Shown: positions 9,276-18,280, numbered from the stretch's first letter. The stretch: 64,000 bases of DNA from a virus (IMGVR_UViG_3300010365_001248:1-64000); one strand, 5' to 3'. Notes: a model not told the origin generated them from the letters alone. A program made the numbers and translations.

Positions 9276-9493
9276 AAAGTAACTTTTTGTGAAAAAAGTT
9301 ACTTTTTTCTATTGGAAATAAATTTATCCAATAGTAATATACACGCGTACGCACACGCACGCGTTTCTTCTTTCTTTAAGAAAGAAAGTATATATACTAC
9401 GTATATATACCAAAGAAAGAAGAAACAAGAAAGAAAGTGAACCAAATTGAAAATTAACAATGCTGAGCTTGCGAAAGCGTTCGCAAGCTCAGT
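9276..9493. other. Palindrome-dense non-coding tract, candidate replication origin or regulatory hub
   Basis: Consecutive inverted repeats: AAAGTAACTTTT..AAAAGTTACTTT, CTATTGGA..TCCAATAG, ACGCGT..ACGCGT, TTCTTTCTT/AAGAAAGAA, GTATATATAC..GTATATATAC, CTGAGCTTGCGAA..TTCGCAAGCTCAG. Confidence 0.45.
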
Positions 9494-9932
9494 AAACTAA
9501 AATAAAAAAAATATGGAAAACAGATTTTGTATTATTAACAATGAACTAGTCTATGTTCTACCTGACTACTTCATTAAAAATGATAATTTTGATGGTGTTA
9601 CAGGTAAATCTTTCAGGTATTTAAATCCATGCAATGGTCGACCAGACTGTTGTGACCAGTTCAACTTGATGCTAATTCGGTAGATATTAAAATATCTCCA
9701 ATTATTAAAAAGTGTCAAGAATAGGCTACGAAATTTTCGGAGAGTATTATGTTTACAGTCATTACTGTAAACTAAGTGAAAAACTAGGTAAACTTGGTAA
9801 GTTTGCTAACTTTTCTGTACTAAAAGTGTGGAAAGATGGTCAAACTTTTAAAGTTATTTATCTTCATGATTCTTATTGAAGACCAAGAAACTGAGTCTTA
9901 TTTTATCTTTTGGTAATAATTTGTTATTTTTA

Positions 9933-9989
9933 TGTGACAAAATGGCACAATGTGTGACAAAATGGCACAATGTGTGACAAAATGGCACA
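9933..9989. repeat. Tandem 20-bp repeat x3 of a near-palindromic site
   Basis: TGTGACAAAATGGCACAATG twice plus TGTGACAAAATGGCACA. Confidence 0.9.
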
Positions 9990-10120
9990 TAAAAATTTCA
10001 TTTTATTTAATAAATATCTTTTTATCTGCCAAAATTAAAAGAAATTGGGAGCCCTTACATACTCCCAATTTCTTTTTCATAAAAATAAATTAGTATTTTT
10101 TCAACTAAAAATCTATTAAA

Positions 10121-10357
10121 ATGTTAGTGAAACATTCTGTAATCCTAATCCCAGGATTAGGAGGAGAATGGGAATATACCCATTCTTATAAGGAACTTGA
10201 TAACAAGTTCAAACAAGTAGACCGTTCAGAGGAATGGGTCAAAAAGCAAAGAGCTGCTGCATTTAACGCAATGCATCATCACGTTACTAATGATTTTATT
10301 CAGTACGTAAAAAGAGAACAAGCAAAATATTATTTAGTCAGTATTCAAATCCTATGA
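10121..10357 (+). CDS. Hypothetical protein
   Basis: ORF track; overlaps next gene by ATGA. Confidence 0.65.
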   Translation: MLVKHSVILIPGLGGEWEYTHSYKELDNKFKQVDRSEEWVKKQRAAAFNAMHHHVTNDFIQYVKREQAKYYLVSIQIL

Positions 10358-10725
10358 AAAAACTAATCTTTTTTCTTTTATTGTTAACCAGTTGTAAACC
10401 AACTGTTGAAGAGGTTGTAAAAGAATCAGTAGATTCAATAAATATCAACGATCATATATATCTCCTAAAAGGAGAACAAAATCTCATGATCGTCACTGAT
10501 CAACTCAATGCTGAAGAGTGGCAGGATGCTAAAACGGAGATCTATTGTGATCACGTAGATGTAATCTATGGATCAACCGCTAATCCTACTCAAGTCTATC
10601 TTAACCAATTAGAAGAATTAAATAAACATTTAATTTCTTCTAAAGAAATGAGAGACTACTATAGAAATAATCCTACCCTTTTAAAACTTCCAGTAGAAAA
10701 TCTAGAAGAATACAAAGAAGAATAA
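10354..10725 (+). CDS. Putative lipoprotein
   Basis: MKKLIFFLLLLTSC: signal peptide with a lipobox-like Cys. Confidence 0.7.
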   Translation: MKKLIFFLLLLTSCKPTVEEVVKESVDSININDHIYLLKGEQNLMIVTDQLNAEEWQDAKTEIYCDHVDVIYGSTANPTQVYLNQLEELNKHLISSKEMRDYYRNNPTLLKLPVENLEEYKEE

Positions 10726-10743
10726 AAAAATAGTATAAAATAT

Positions 10744-10774
10744 TTTGACTTATTCAAAATATTTTATACTTTTG
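10744..10774 (+). promoter_or_regulatory. Bacteroidetes sigmaA-type promoter for the tRNA cluster
   Basis: TTTG (10744) - 19 nt - TACTTTTG matches the -33 TTTG / -7 TAnnTTTG consensus, 6 nt before tRNA-Gln. Confidence 0.7.
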
Positions 10775-10780
10775 TACCAT

Positions 10781-10851
10781 TGAAGTTTCGTATAACGGTA
10801 GTACACCAGTTTTTGGATCTGGTAGTAGGAGTTCGATTCTCCTAACTTCAA
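10781..10851 (+). tRNA. tRNA-Gln(TTG)
   Basis: Acceptor TGAAGTT/AACTTCA, anticodon arm CCAGT-TTTTGGA-TCTGG, T-loop TTCGATT. Confidence 0.85.
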
Positions 10852-10880
10852 CTAAAATGTATTAATTTATCATTTCGTGC

Positions 10881-10910
10881 TTGATTTGTGATTAAACTAT
10901 TATATTTGCA
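10881..10910 (+). promoter_or_regulatory. Second Bacteroidetes-type promoter
   Basis: TATATTTGCA (-7 element TAnnTTTG) at 10901-10910 with upstream TTG. Confidence 0.6.
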
Positions 10911-11150
10911 GACGAAAACTGTGTAAATACACAAAAATTGTATCTTTTAGTTTGTTCAGAACGACAATGGTTAATATAGAAAGGTTAGTTGAGCAATGTT
11001 GGACTAAAACACCAAATGTAGGAAATGAGTCGGGGAAACCGAATGATACCTATATGCATATTTATATGCTGAGAGGGACTCCAAGGTGTAGGTAACGACT
11101 ACAAGACACTCTCTATAAAAAACCGTGAAACTCGGTAGATGCTCGTAAAT
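10911..11150 (+). ncRNA. Candidate structured ncRNA of unknown class
   Basis: ORF-free stretch behind its own promoter with nested stems: GAGCA/TGCTC, TAGG/CCTA, TCGG-GGAAA-CCGA, GCATA/TATGC, GAGAG/CTCTC, TGTAG/CTACA, ACCG/CGGT. Confidence 0.4.
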
Positions 11151-11168
11151 TAATACTTTTTTATTCAC

Positions 11169-11253
11169 GCCTCAGTGATGAAATTGGCAGTCATGCAAGA
11201 TTTAAGCTCTTGTGGTCAGTACGACCGTATGGGTTCGAGTCCCATCTGAGGTA
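11169..11253 (+). tRNA. tRNA-Leu(TAA)
   Basis: GCCTCAG/CTGAGGT acceptor, CAAGA-TTTAAGC-TCTTG, long variable arm, TTCGAGT. Confidence 0.92.
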
Positions 11254-11338
11254 GAAATGCTTGATTAAAACCTCCACGTGGTGCATTTCGGTTAACACTA
11301 ATATTAATCACAAATTATATAAAGATATGAAACAAAAT

Positions 11339-11411
11339 GCCTCTGTAGTTCAATTGGTAGAACGATTGATTTGTAATCAATAGGCTGTCGGTTCAAGTCC
11401 GGCCAGAGGCT
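11339..11411 (+). tRNA. tRNA-Thr(TGT)
   Basis: GCCTCTG/CAGAGGC acceptor, ATTGA-TTTGTAA-TCAAT, TTCAAGT. Confidence 0.93.
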
Positions 11412-11451
11412 CTTGATTTAGATCTTTGACAAGTCTGATAATAAAATATAT

Positions 11452-11526
11452 AGCGGGGTGGACTGGAGATGGTTCCAGCTCGGCCTCATAAGCCGAACGA
11501 CACAGGTTCGAACCCTGTCCCCGCAA
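11452..11526 (+). tRNA. tRNA-Met(CAT), initiator-like
   Basis: AGCGGGG/CCCCGCA with a 1:72 mismatch, TCGGC-CTCATAA-GCCGA, TTCGAAC. Confidence 0.88.
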
Positions 11527-11532
11527 CAATAT

Positions 11533-11566
11533 GGATCTGTAGCTCAGTTGGTTGAGAGCAACGGAA
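11533..11566 (+). pseudogene. Truncated tRNA 5' half
   Basis: GGATCTG-TA-GCTC-AGTTGGTTGA-GAGC-A-ACGGA stops before an anticodon; no 3' half. Confidence 0.6.
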
Positions 11567-11568
11567 TT

Positions 11569-11640
11569 CTTTCTATCGTCTAATGGTTAGGACTCATGCC
11601 TTATACGCATGCAATCTAGGTTCAAATCCTAGTAGAAAGA
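11569..11640 (+). tRNA. tRNA-Ile(TAT)
   Basis: CTTTCTA/TAGAAAG acceptor, CATGC-CTTATAC-GCATG (anticodon TAT), CTAGG-TTCAAAT-CCTAG, discriminator A. Confidence 0.8.
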
Positions 11641-11692
11641 CTAATTTTTTTATAAGAAAGACCTGTTGGTCGCAGGGTCCACATACATATCT

Positions 11693-11759
11693 GCTGGGTC
11701 CGTCTAGTGGTTTGGACGCCACCCTTTCACGGTGGAGGGTTCGAATCCCGTACTCAGTA
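11693..11759 (+). tRNA. tRNA-Glu(TTC), degenerate (variable loop and part of T-stem deleted)
   Basis: GCTGGGT/ACTCAGT acceptor, CCACC-CTTTCAC-GGTGG, then only A-GGG-TTCGAAT-CCCGT. Confidence 0.65.
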
Positions 11760-11781
11760 CAATAATGTACAAATACATTCT

Positions 11782-11871
11782 GGTGGTTTACTCAAGTGGT
11801 TAAGAGGGCAGTTTGCTAAACTGTTAGGCCGTTAATACGGTACGCAGGTTCGAACCCTGCAGCCACCGCCA
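11782..11871 (+). tRNA. tRNA-Ser(GCT)
   Basis: GGTGGTT/AGCCACC acceptor, GCAGT-TTGCTAA-ACTGT, long variable arm, encoded CCA. Confidence 0.93.
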
Positions 11872-11874
11872 GTC

Positions 11875-12096
11875 GGTCAGGCATATTCCTTAATGTGTCC
11901 CATACTGCTCTGGTCACAGTACGTAGCAGCTCCGTTTACCTGTCCCGTCTATTGTAATACTTCTCTATCACGTTAAGATGAAGTTGGTCAGGCATATTCC
12001 TTAATGTGTCCCATACTGCTCTGGTCACAGTACGTAGCAGCTCCGTTTACCTGTCCCGTCTATTGTAATACTTCTCTATCACGTTAAGATGAAGTT
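11875..12096. repeat. Perfect 111-bp tandem duplication
   Basis: 11875-11985 equals 11986-12096 (GGTCAGGCATATTCC...GATGAAGTT). Confidence 0.95.
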
Positions 12097-12262
12097 GAGT
12101 TTCAGCTGTAGAGTTGCAGACCCTACAGTGAAGTTTGATGGTAAACTGTTCCTTGTATATTGACTGGTATATACATGGAAGCAAACTTTGCCGGGTTTAC
12201 ACCTTGTCCTCACTCCGCCGCACACGGAAAATGACATTGCGTCCAGGGAAAAAGGTGATCAT

Positions 12263-12333
12263 GATCCCATAGCTCAACGGCAGAGCTGCAGGCTTTTAAT
12301 CTGTAGATGATGGTTCGATTCCATCTGGGATCA
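12263..12333 (+). tRNA. tRNA-Lys(TTT)
   Basis: GATCCCA/TGGGATC acceptor, GCAGG-CTTTTAA-TCTGT, TTCGATT. Confidence 0.9.
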
Positions 12334-12469
12334 CAATTTCACTGTAAAAAAAATACAAAGTTTACTGTGATAGTAGATGCTTTTTTTATTTTGAAAATGC
12401 TATTTGATAGGAGGTTGTTGTGAAACAATCTCCTATTTTTGTATTAGAAATTTAAAAAAAATTATATAT

Positions 12470-13369
12470 ATGGAATTACAGTCATTTTTTGGCACTTCAG
12501 GCTTATCAAGCACAAGTGCTAATAGCATAGCTAACTATGCTAAAGAAGCCTACAGAGAAATAGATTCTTTCTTTGAGAATCTACAACTCTATAATGTAGA
12601 AACTCAATTAATTGGGACATCTGATCGTCTCATAACTAAAAGAGGTCTTTCAGATCTATCTTCAATTAAAAACAAAATTGAGTTTTTGTATGAAGCTAAA
12701 GCTTTAATTACTTGGCTTCATAAAGCAATTAAAGCCAAAGAAGATTTGGAAATAGAAGCTAAGTGCATTCCTCCTTATAAAAATCCAGTCCCTCAAAGTA
12801 CTTTGGTTCACCCAAAAGAACCTAATACACTAGTTGAGGCTGATTTTTGGAAAAAACAGCCAATAAAAACCAGATATAGTTATCTATATCTTGAAACAAA
12901 ATGTGCTGTAATTGGTGGATTGATCCATGAAAATGGAGCAATTTCTAAAGCTAGAAAGAAACTTTTGTCGATAATATCTAATCCTTCAGAAATAAAAGGA
13001 GAAGGAAGAGATACAATTATCACATATTATACTCCATCTGTGAGTGTACAAGAAGTAGACAAGCTTTTCTTTGAGTTGCAAGGATTGCACAGATCTGCTC
13101 AAGCAGAACTAAATTCTTTGAGAAGTCAAGCTAAAGCTTGGTGTGATAAGACAAATATTGAAAATTTAGCAGAATATAAAACAGCTTTGACTGATTATTA
13201 TGCTAAAAAACGAGCTTTAGACAAGGAAAAAGAGGAAGCTGAAAAGCTTTACTATTCTTCTAAAAAAGAAGAATCATTAAATTCTCTAAAAGAAATAAAT
13301 TCTTTAAAAATTGTCATTCCAGACAATTTGAGAGAAATTTATGAAGCAGTTAATTCACTAACAAAATAA
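12470..13369 (+). CDS. Hypothetical coiled-coil phage protein
   Basis: Track ORF 12404..13369; ATG 12470 (MELQSFFG) preferred. Confidence 0.8.
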   Translation: MELQSFFGTSGLSSTSANSIANYAKEAYREIDSFFENLQLYNVETQLIGTSDRLITKRGLSDLSSIKNKIEFLYEAKALITWLHKAIKAKEDLEIEAKCIPPYKNPVPQSTLVHPKEPNTLVEADFWKKQPIKTRYSYLYLETKCAVIGGLIHENGAISKARKKLLSIISNPSEIKGEGRDTIITYYTPSVSVQEVDKLFFELQGLHRSAQAELNSLRSQAKAWCDKTNIENLAEYKTALTDYYAKKRALDKEKEEAEKLYYSSKKEESLNSLKEINSLKIVIPDNLREIYEAVNSLTK

Positions 13370-13646
13370 AGAGTTATCTACATACTGAGTTACTTGTAAC
13401 AAATTTGTAGAGAGTATCTAAATTAAATAGAGTTTACTCATCTATATATAAAATAAAATTATTAAAAGACTAAATATCAAACTGTAGAAGAGCTTCTAAA
13501 GTTGAAGAAATAATACAATCTTCTTCATATTAGTGGTGTGAGGGGTGAAACCCTCCACCATATCTATTGCTAATTTTATTTTAATGAATGTAAAGGCACC
13601 TATTTGTGAAAATAAGTGCCTTTTAAATTTAAAAAAATTAAAAAAG

Positions 13647-14225
13647 ATGAAAACACTAATTTTAAAAAAATTTATTTCTACTTTTAAAGTAGATGTATCT
13701 AATATAGATACTTCTTTTTTAAAAGAAAATGAATTTTATCAAACTCAATTAGAAAATTCTTTTAAGTATTTTTCTATTAGTAATGGAGAATTATTTTTTC
13801 ATGCTGATGTACCTTGGCACGAAAATGAAATCATTCATATTATGTTTGATGCTCCAATAGAAACTATTTGGGCTTTATTAGAAGGAGAGCCTAAAATAGT
13901 AAATATTTTTAAAGGTACTAAATTGACAACACAAGGACACTTTATTCTACCCATTCCAATGGACAATATAAAGAAAGTAGGTAATTTCTATGAACTTTAT
14001 ATTCAAGATTGGGATATTAGAATAGTTAATACTATTCCTCTCATACCTTGGAAGGAAACAAAGAAACCTAAAACTTTTCAAATTAAAGGACTTTTTAATG
14101 AATCCTCAAGAAATTTTTATCTAGTGCGTGAAGAATATTGTTCTTCTATTCTAGAATTTCAATTATCCAAATATAAAAATTTCAAAATTAAAACTATTAA
14201 ATTAGATTATAAACGCCTATTTTAG
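13647..14225 (+). CDS. Hypothetical protein
   Basis: Track ORF 13545..14225; ATG 13647 preferred. Confidence 0.7.
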   Translation: MKTLILKKFISTFKVDVSNIDTSFLKENEFYQTQLENSFKYFSISNGELFFHADVPWHENEIIHIMFDAPIETIWALLEGEPKIVNIFKGTKLTTQGHFILPIPMDNIKKVGNFYELYIQDWDIRIVNTIPLIPWKETKKPKTFQIKGLFNESSRNFYLVREEYCSSILEFQLSKYKNFKIKTIKLDYKRLF

Positions 14226-14493
14226 CTATTATTTATTAAAAGTAATATAATTAGTCGTTATAATTAAAATAATAGCTAATTTAGGCTTTAAAATAGAAAA
14301 CCCACATTAATTTAAAACTGTTACGCACTACTCCCCTTATTTAAAGGGGAGTTTCTTTTGAGTCATCTGCTTTTTTCATATTTTTTTAATTTTCCCTACT
14401 ATTAGAAATAACCATGTTATTTAATCTAATAGTAGGGTTTTTATTATAATATGAAAAAATTAATATAAAAGAAATTAACTAAAAATTAAAAAT

Positions 14494-14751
14494 ATGGAAA
14501 CAAAAAAGATTGTAGAAAAATGTAAAACTACACTTGTAGCAAAAGTGAATTTTCCAGGAAAGCCTCATAATTATCTAGGGTGGGTGGGAGCTTTAAATAG
14601 TTTTCTAAGACCTTTTGGAGTTACTTATGAGGATTTTTCTATTCAACAAAATGAATTTATTAAAGGTAAATATCATTTTATTGAAAATCCAGATAATATT
14701 TTAGTTTATGTCATAGAATATGTGTATGAACTAAATGATGATGAAGATTAA
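14494..14751 (+). CDS. Hypothetical protein
   Basis: ORF track; followed by a hairpin and T-run. Confidence 0.7.
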   Translation: METKKIVEKCKTTLVAKVNFPGKPHNYLGWVGALNSFLRPFGVTYEDFSIQQNEFIKGKYHFIENPDNILVYVIEYVYELNDDED

Positions 14752-15003
14752 TTAATTCCTCCTTATGGAGGAATTTTTTTCTTAAATTCTGTATACAAAT
14801 ACGTTAATTAAATTCAGAGAATTTTCTTTAGAAGAATTAAAATTTATTTTTCAAGATATTAGAAGAATAATACCTAAATATTCTTATAAAGATTATTATT
14901 ATGTAGATAAATATAATATTTTTTATCCAGGTATTACTCCTGAATTAAAACAAAAAATAGAAAATTTTTATAATTTATTTTCAAAAAGTTTAATTAAAAT
15001 AGA

Positions 15004-15354
15004 ATGGGACTAGATATATTTTATTGTATTTTAATACTTAGCACTTTATTAATAACTATTTCAACTTTATTTTTCTTAGGATATCTTGATACTCATGCTC
15101 ATGATATTGAATGGTGCGGTAAACTTACTCAAAGATTATTCGTACCCAAATCATATAAAATTTATAAAGAATTAATGAAAACCAAAGATTTTCTTTATTG
15201 TGAATCTAGGGAAGATATTCCTAAGGGTTATATGGGATATGTTTATATAGCCGAAATGAATTCTATTTTTTATTATGATAATTTTATATATTCGGGAGAA
15301 AGTATTGTAGATGTTAGAGGAGGACAATATTTAATTAAAGATTTATTAAAATGA
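15004..15354 (+). CDS. Hypothetical membrane-anchored protein
   Basis: N-terminal hydrophobic segment. Confidence 0.65.
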   Translation: MGLDIFYCILILSTLLITISTLFFLGYLDTHAHDIEWCGKLTQRLFVPKSYKIYKELMKTKDFLYCESREDIPKGYMGYVYIAEMNSIFYYDNFIYSGESIVDVRGGQYLIKDLLK

Positions 15355-15539
15355 AAACACCTAAATATTCAATAGGAGATATATTATATGCAGTTAATCG
15401 TCATGATGAAGATTTAATGTATAGATTAGATCGAATTATTGATATAAAATTTAATGAAAAAGACCAGGACTATATTTATAGTATTCAAGACGATGAAACT
15501 GTATATAATATTTCTGATAAATACTTAGAAAATGGCTAG
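15351..15539 (+). CDS. Hypothetical protein
   Basis: ORF track; coupled overlaps with neighbours. Confidence 0.6.
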   Translation: MKTPKYSIGDILYAVNRHDEDLMYRLDRIIDIKFNEKDQDYIYSIQDDETVYNISDKYLENG

Positions 15540-15879
15540 ATATAAAATTATTACAATAGAAAATGAGAATGGCAGATGGTATACTAATTCTTTTAGTTCT
15601 TATAATCCTAAAATTAAATATAGCTTGGAAAATGCAGTGAGAAATAAATCAGGCTGGTTTGGAATATATAATTCTTTAAATCAAAGTCTTATTATATTTC
15701 GAGGAGATTGTTTTTCTTATGCACCTACTAATTCTATTGATATATTTAAATTAATAGAACCAGTAGCTGAAATATTTAATAGAATGAGATATATAGGAAT
15801 AGGTGTAAAATGGAAAGACCGATGGGTTCCTTGTATTAATATTTATATGAGATGCAGAAGAAAATTATTGAGACTTTAA
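15532..15879 (+). CDS. Hypothetical protein
   Basis: ORF track. Confidence 0.6.
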   Translation: MARYKIITIENENGRWYTNSFSSYNPKIKYSLENAVRNKSGWFGIYNSLNQSLIIFRGDCFSYAPTNSIDIFKLIEPVAEIFNRMRYIGIGVKWKDRWVPCINIYMRCRRKLLRL

Positions 15880-16343
15880 AAAATATTTCTTCAGAAGAAT
15901 TAATAGATTTAAGAGAAAAAATTCAAGAGACAAAAAATTCTTTACAAGAATTATCAGATAAAACTAAAAAAATATCAAATTTTCAACTTGAATTATGTAA
16001 ATCTATAAAATACGCTGAATTAGAAACTTTTAAAGAATATTTAAAAGAAAATATTAAAGAATTACAAATATTAGAAGGAAAAGTTTTTCAAAGATCTTAT
16101 TTTGATGAGGAATATATATTAATCAATTCAGTAACTGTTCATAAAAAAACTTTATTATGTATTAATTATCAAAGTTTACAAGTAAGAAATGATTATTTAA
16201 ATTTTAATAATAGAAAATTAGAAACTAATTATTCTACTGAAATAATAAATTTTTTAGAACCTTTAAAGGAAATAGATGCTCCAGAATGGTTTTCTTCTTT
16301 TATTACTTTAAGTACTTTAATTGTTCAAAATCATGCTAAATGA
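15852..16343 (+). CDS. Coiled-coil hypothetical protein (paralog 1 of 3)
   Basis: N-terminal heptads; LEGK motif; terminal FSSFITLSTLI. Confidence 0.7.
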   Translation: MQKKIIETLKNISSEELIDLREKIQETKNSLQELSDKTKKISNFQLELCKSIKYAELETFKEYLKENIKELQILEGKVFQRSYFDEEYILINSVTVHKKTLLCINYQSLQVRNDYLNFNNRKLETNYSTEIINFLEPLKEIDAPEWFSSFITLSTLIVQNHAK

Positions 16344-16767
16344 ATTCATATCAAAAATTGATTGTTTAAAAGTAAATAAGCTCCAAAATCAAATTAAAGA
16401 TATGGAAGCTGAAATTTTAAAATTAAATAGTCAATTAGATAATTTACAACAAACAAAAAATTCTTTGATTATTCAATTTAATAATCAAAGAGAAACGTTT
16501 TTTAATGAATTTCTTGAAGAAAATCTTCAAAAATTAAAAGATGATTTAGAAGGAAAATTATATCTTTTATATAGTACTGAAAGAACTTTAATGTTATTTA
16601 ATGATATTTCATTCCGTCAAAATTCAGAACGTTGTTCTTCTTTAACAGAATTAAAAACATTATTAAGTAATTTAACTTTATTTCATTCTACAGATTTTGA
16701 TTCTTTCATTGCTGTAAGTACAATTTTAATAAATAAATATAACCCTTTAACTGGTCATTCGGTATGA
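16333..16767 (+). CDS. Coiled-coil hypothetical protein (paralog 2 of 3)
   Basis: N-terminal heptads; LEGK motif; terminal FDSFIAVSTIL. Confidence 0.7.
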   Translation: MLNEFISKIDCLKVNKLQNQIKDMEAEILKLNSQLDNLQQTKNSLIIQFNNQRETFFNEFLEENLQKLKDDLEGKLYLLYSTERTLMLFNDISFRQNSERCSSLTELKTLLSNLTLFHSTDFDSFIAVSTILINKYNPLTGHSV

Positions 16768-17291
16768 ATATTATTCAAGATATTATAGAAAAAAATGTAA
16801 AAATAGAAGAAAAAGATTTTACAGAAAGAAGAAATTTAAATGAGATTGTTCAAAATCGAAGAAAGAAATTAGAAGAACTATCTGCAGAACTAGAAAAACA
16901 AAAAGAATTACTTCAACAAGATCAAAAAAATTATATAATATATAATAATAAATTAGAAAATAAATCTTTTTCTATTATAATGAAAGTATTTGAAAAGTTA
17001 TATTTAGGTGCTTATTTTAAAGAGATTTCTTCTCAAAATAAATATAATTATTTTATTAATATAAAAGAAATTTCTAATAATTATTTTACTCAAGGATATA
17101 TACTTTTAAAAGTAACCGCTTTGCAGATAAGATCTTCTAATCTTTATTTTGAAAATAAAGAATATAGATTTTATGACGTAGCTGATTTTAAAAAATTCTT
17201 TGAGAATTATAGGTTATTACAAGAACCTGAATTAACTAAAATTGCAACTTATATACTTCTTTCTTATAACCTTATATCTGAATGTAAATAA
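16764..17291 (+). CDS. Coiled-coil hypothetical protein (probable paralog 3 of 3)
   Basis: N-terminal heptads; LQIRSSNLYFENK resembles LQVRNDYLNFNNR of paralog 1. Confidence 0.7.
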   Translation: MNIIQDIIEKNVKIEEKDFTERRNLNEIVQNRRKKLEELSAELEKQKELLQQDQKNYIIYNNKLENKSFSIIMKVFEKLYLGAYFKEISSQNKYNYFINIKEISNNYFTQGYILLKVTALQIRSSNLYFENKEYRFYDVADFKKFFENYRLLQEPELTKIATYILLSYNLISECK

Positions 17292-17293
17292 CT

Positions 17294-17572
17294 ATGCAAA
17301 AACTATATTTTGTTTATATGAAGAGTCCTAAATTATTTAATAATTTTAGTATCTGCTCATCTAAAGAAGAAGCTCTTCTTAAATATAATTTATTTATTGA
17401 AGAAGCTAAAAATTATCCCGATCAAACTACTTTTTATAATGTTACTTTTCCATCTGAAAATGTAGCTACTGTAGAAGTATTTAAGGAAACTCATTTAATT
17501 GATAGAATAACTGTAGGTTATTCTAAAATAGCTTTAAATAAATATTTTACGTTAGAACAATTAACCCTATGA
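17294..17572 (+). CDS. Hypothetical protein
   Basis: ORF track. Confidence 0.6.
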   Translation: MQKLYFVYMKSPKLFNNFSICSSKEEALLKYNLFIEEAKNYPDQTTFYNVTFPSENVATVEVFKETHLIDRITVGYSKIALNKYFTLEQLTL

Positions 17573-18156
17573 AAAAAAGTATTTTAGCTGGTCTATTAAT
17601 TGCTATAGCAGGTTATGCAAATTTAATTGTAGGAGGAATTCCTGGAGCATGTATATTTGCATTCGGTTTGTTAAGTATATGTGCTATGGGATTAAATTTA
17701 TACACAGGCAAAGCAGGTTCTTGTGAATTTACTACTCATTATACAGAAAATAGTCCTTTCTATTTATTTTTAGATATTTTTTGTATAAATATTTTTGCCG
17801 TTATCTTTACAGGAATAATTTTACCCTATAATCAAAAAGCAGCTGAAGCAGTAGCTATCATTATTAAAGATAGAATAACTTGTCCTTTATATGTAGCTTT
17901 TATTAAAGCTATCTTTTGTGGATTAATAATGGAAATAGCCGTTTATATATATAAAAATAATAAAAGTTATTTAGGTATTTTATTTGGCGTTCCATTATTT
18001 ATCCTTTGTGGTTTTTATCATTGTATAGCAGATATGTTTTATATGGCATATGACGCTTCTATAAATAAAGTATTATATATAGAATGTTATGGTACATGGT
18101 TAATATCTGTTATAGGCAATTTTGTTGGTTGTAATATTAGAAGATTATGTATTTAA
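17569..18156 (+). CDS. Formate/nitrite transporter (FNT) family channel
   Basis: SILAGLLIAIAG, NLYTGK, AIFCG, FILCGFYHCIADMFY and GNFVG are FNT signature motifs; multiple TM segments. Confidence 0.88.
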   Translation: MKKSILAGLLIAIAGYANLIVGGIPGACIFAFGLLSICAMGLNLYTGKAGSCEFTTHYTENSPFYLFLDIFCINIFAVIFTGIILPYNQKAAEAVAIIIKDRITCPLYVAFIKAIFCGLIMEIAVYIYKNNKSYLGILFGVPLFILCGFYHCIADMFYMAYDASINKVLYIECYGTWLISVIGNFVGCNIRRLCI

Positions 18157-18280
18157 GTGATTTAATTACTCTCGCTGTAAATGATATTTTACGTCAGTAT
18201 ATTAGCAAATTAATTTCTTTTAAAGATATTGAAGGTCATGACTTTGTATTAATTAGAAATAAATAAAAAATAATTAAAGT

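Noticed and set aside
9513-9879. Possible TAG read-through gene
   Set aside because: Competing frames contain both TAG and TAA, so I could not define a single credible ORF.
5323-9989. CRISPR array interpretation of the short repeat arrays at 5323 and 9933
   Set aside because: The units are directly adjacent with no unique spacers, and no cas genes are present.
11583-11765. 60-aa ORF
   Set aside because: It overlaps two tRNA genes.
10781-12333. Amber suppressor tRNA
   Set aside because: No CTA anticodon found. The tRNA at 11569 has loop CTTATAC, which places TAT, not TTA or CTA, at positions 34-36.
13530-13565. tRNA-like hairpin TGGTGTGAGGGGTGAAACCCTCCACCA
   Set aside because: Only one stem-loop; no cloverleaf could be built.
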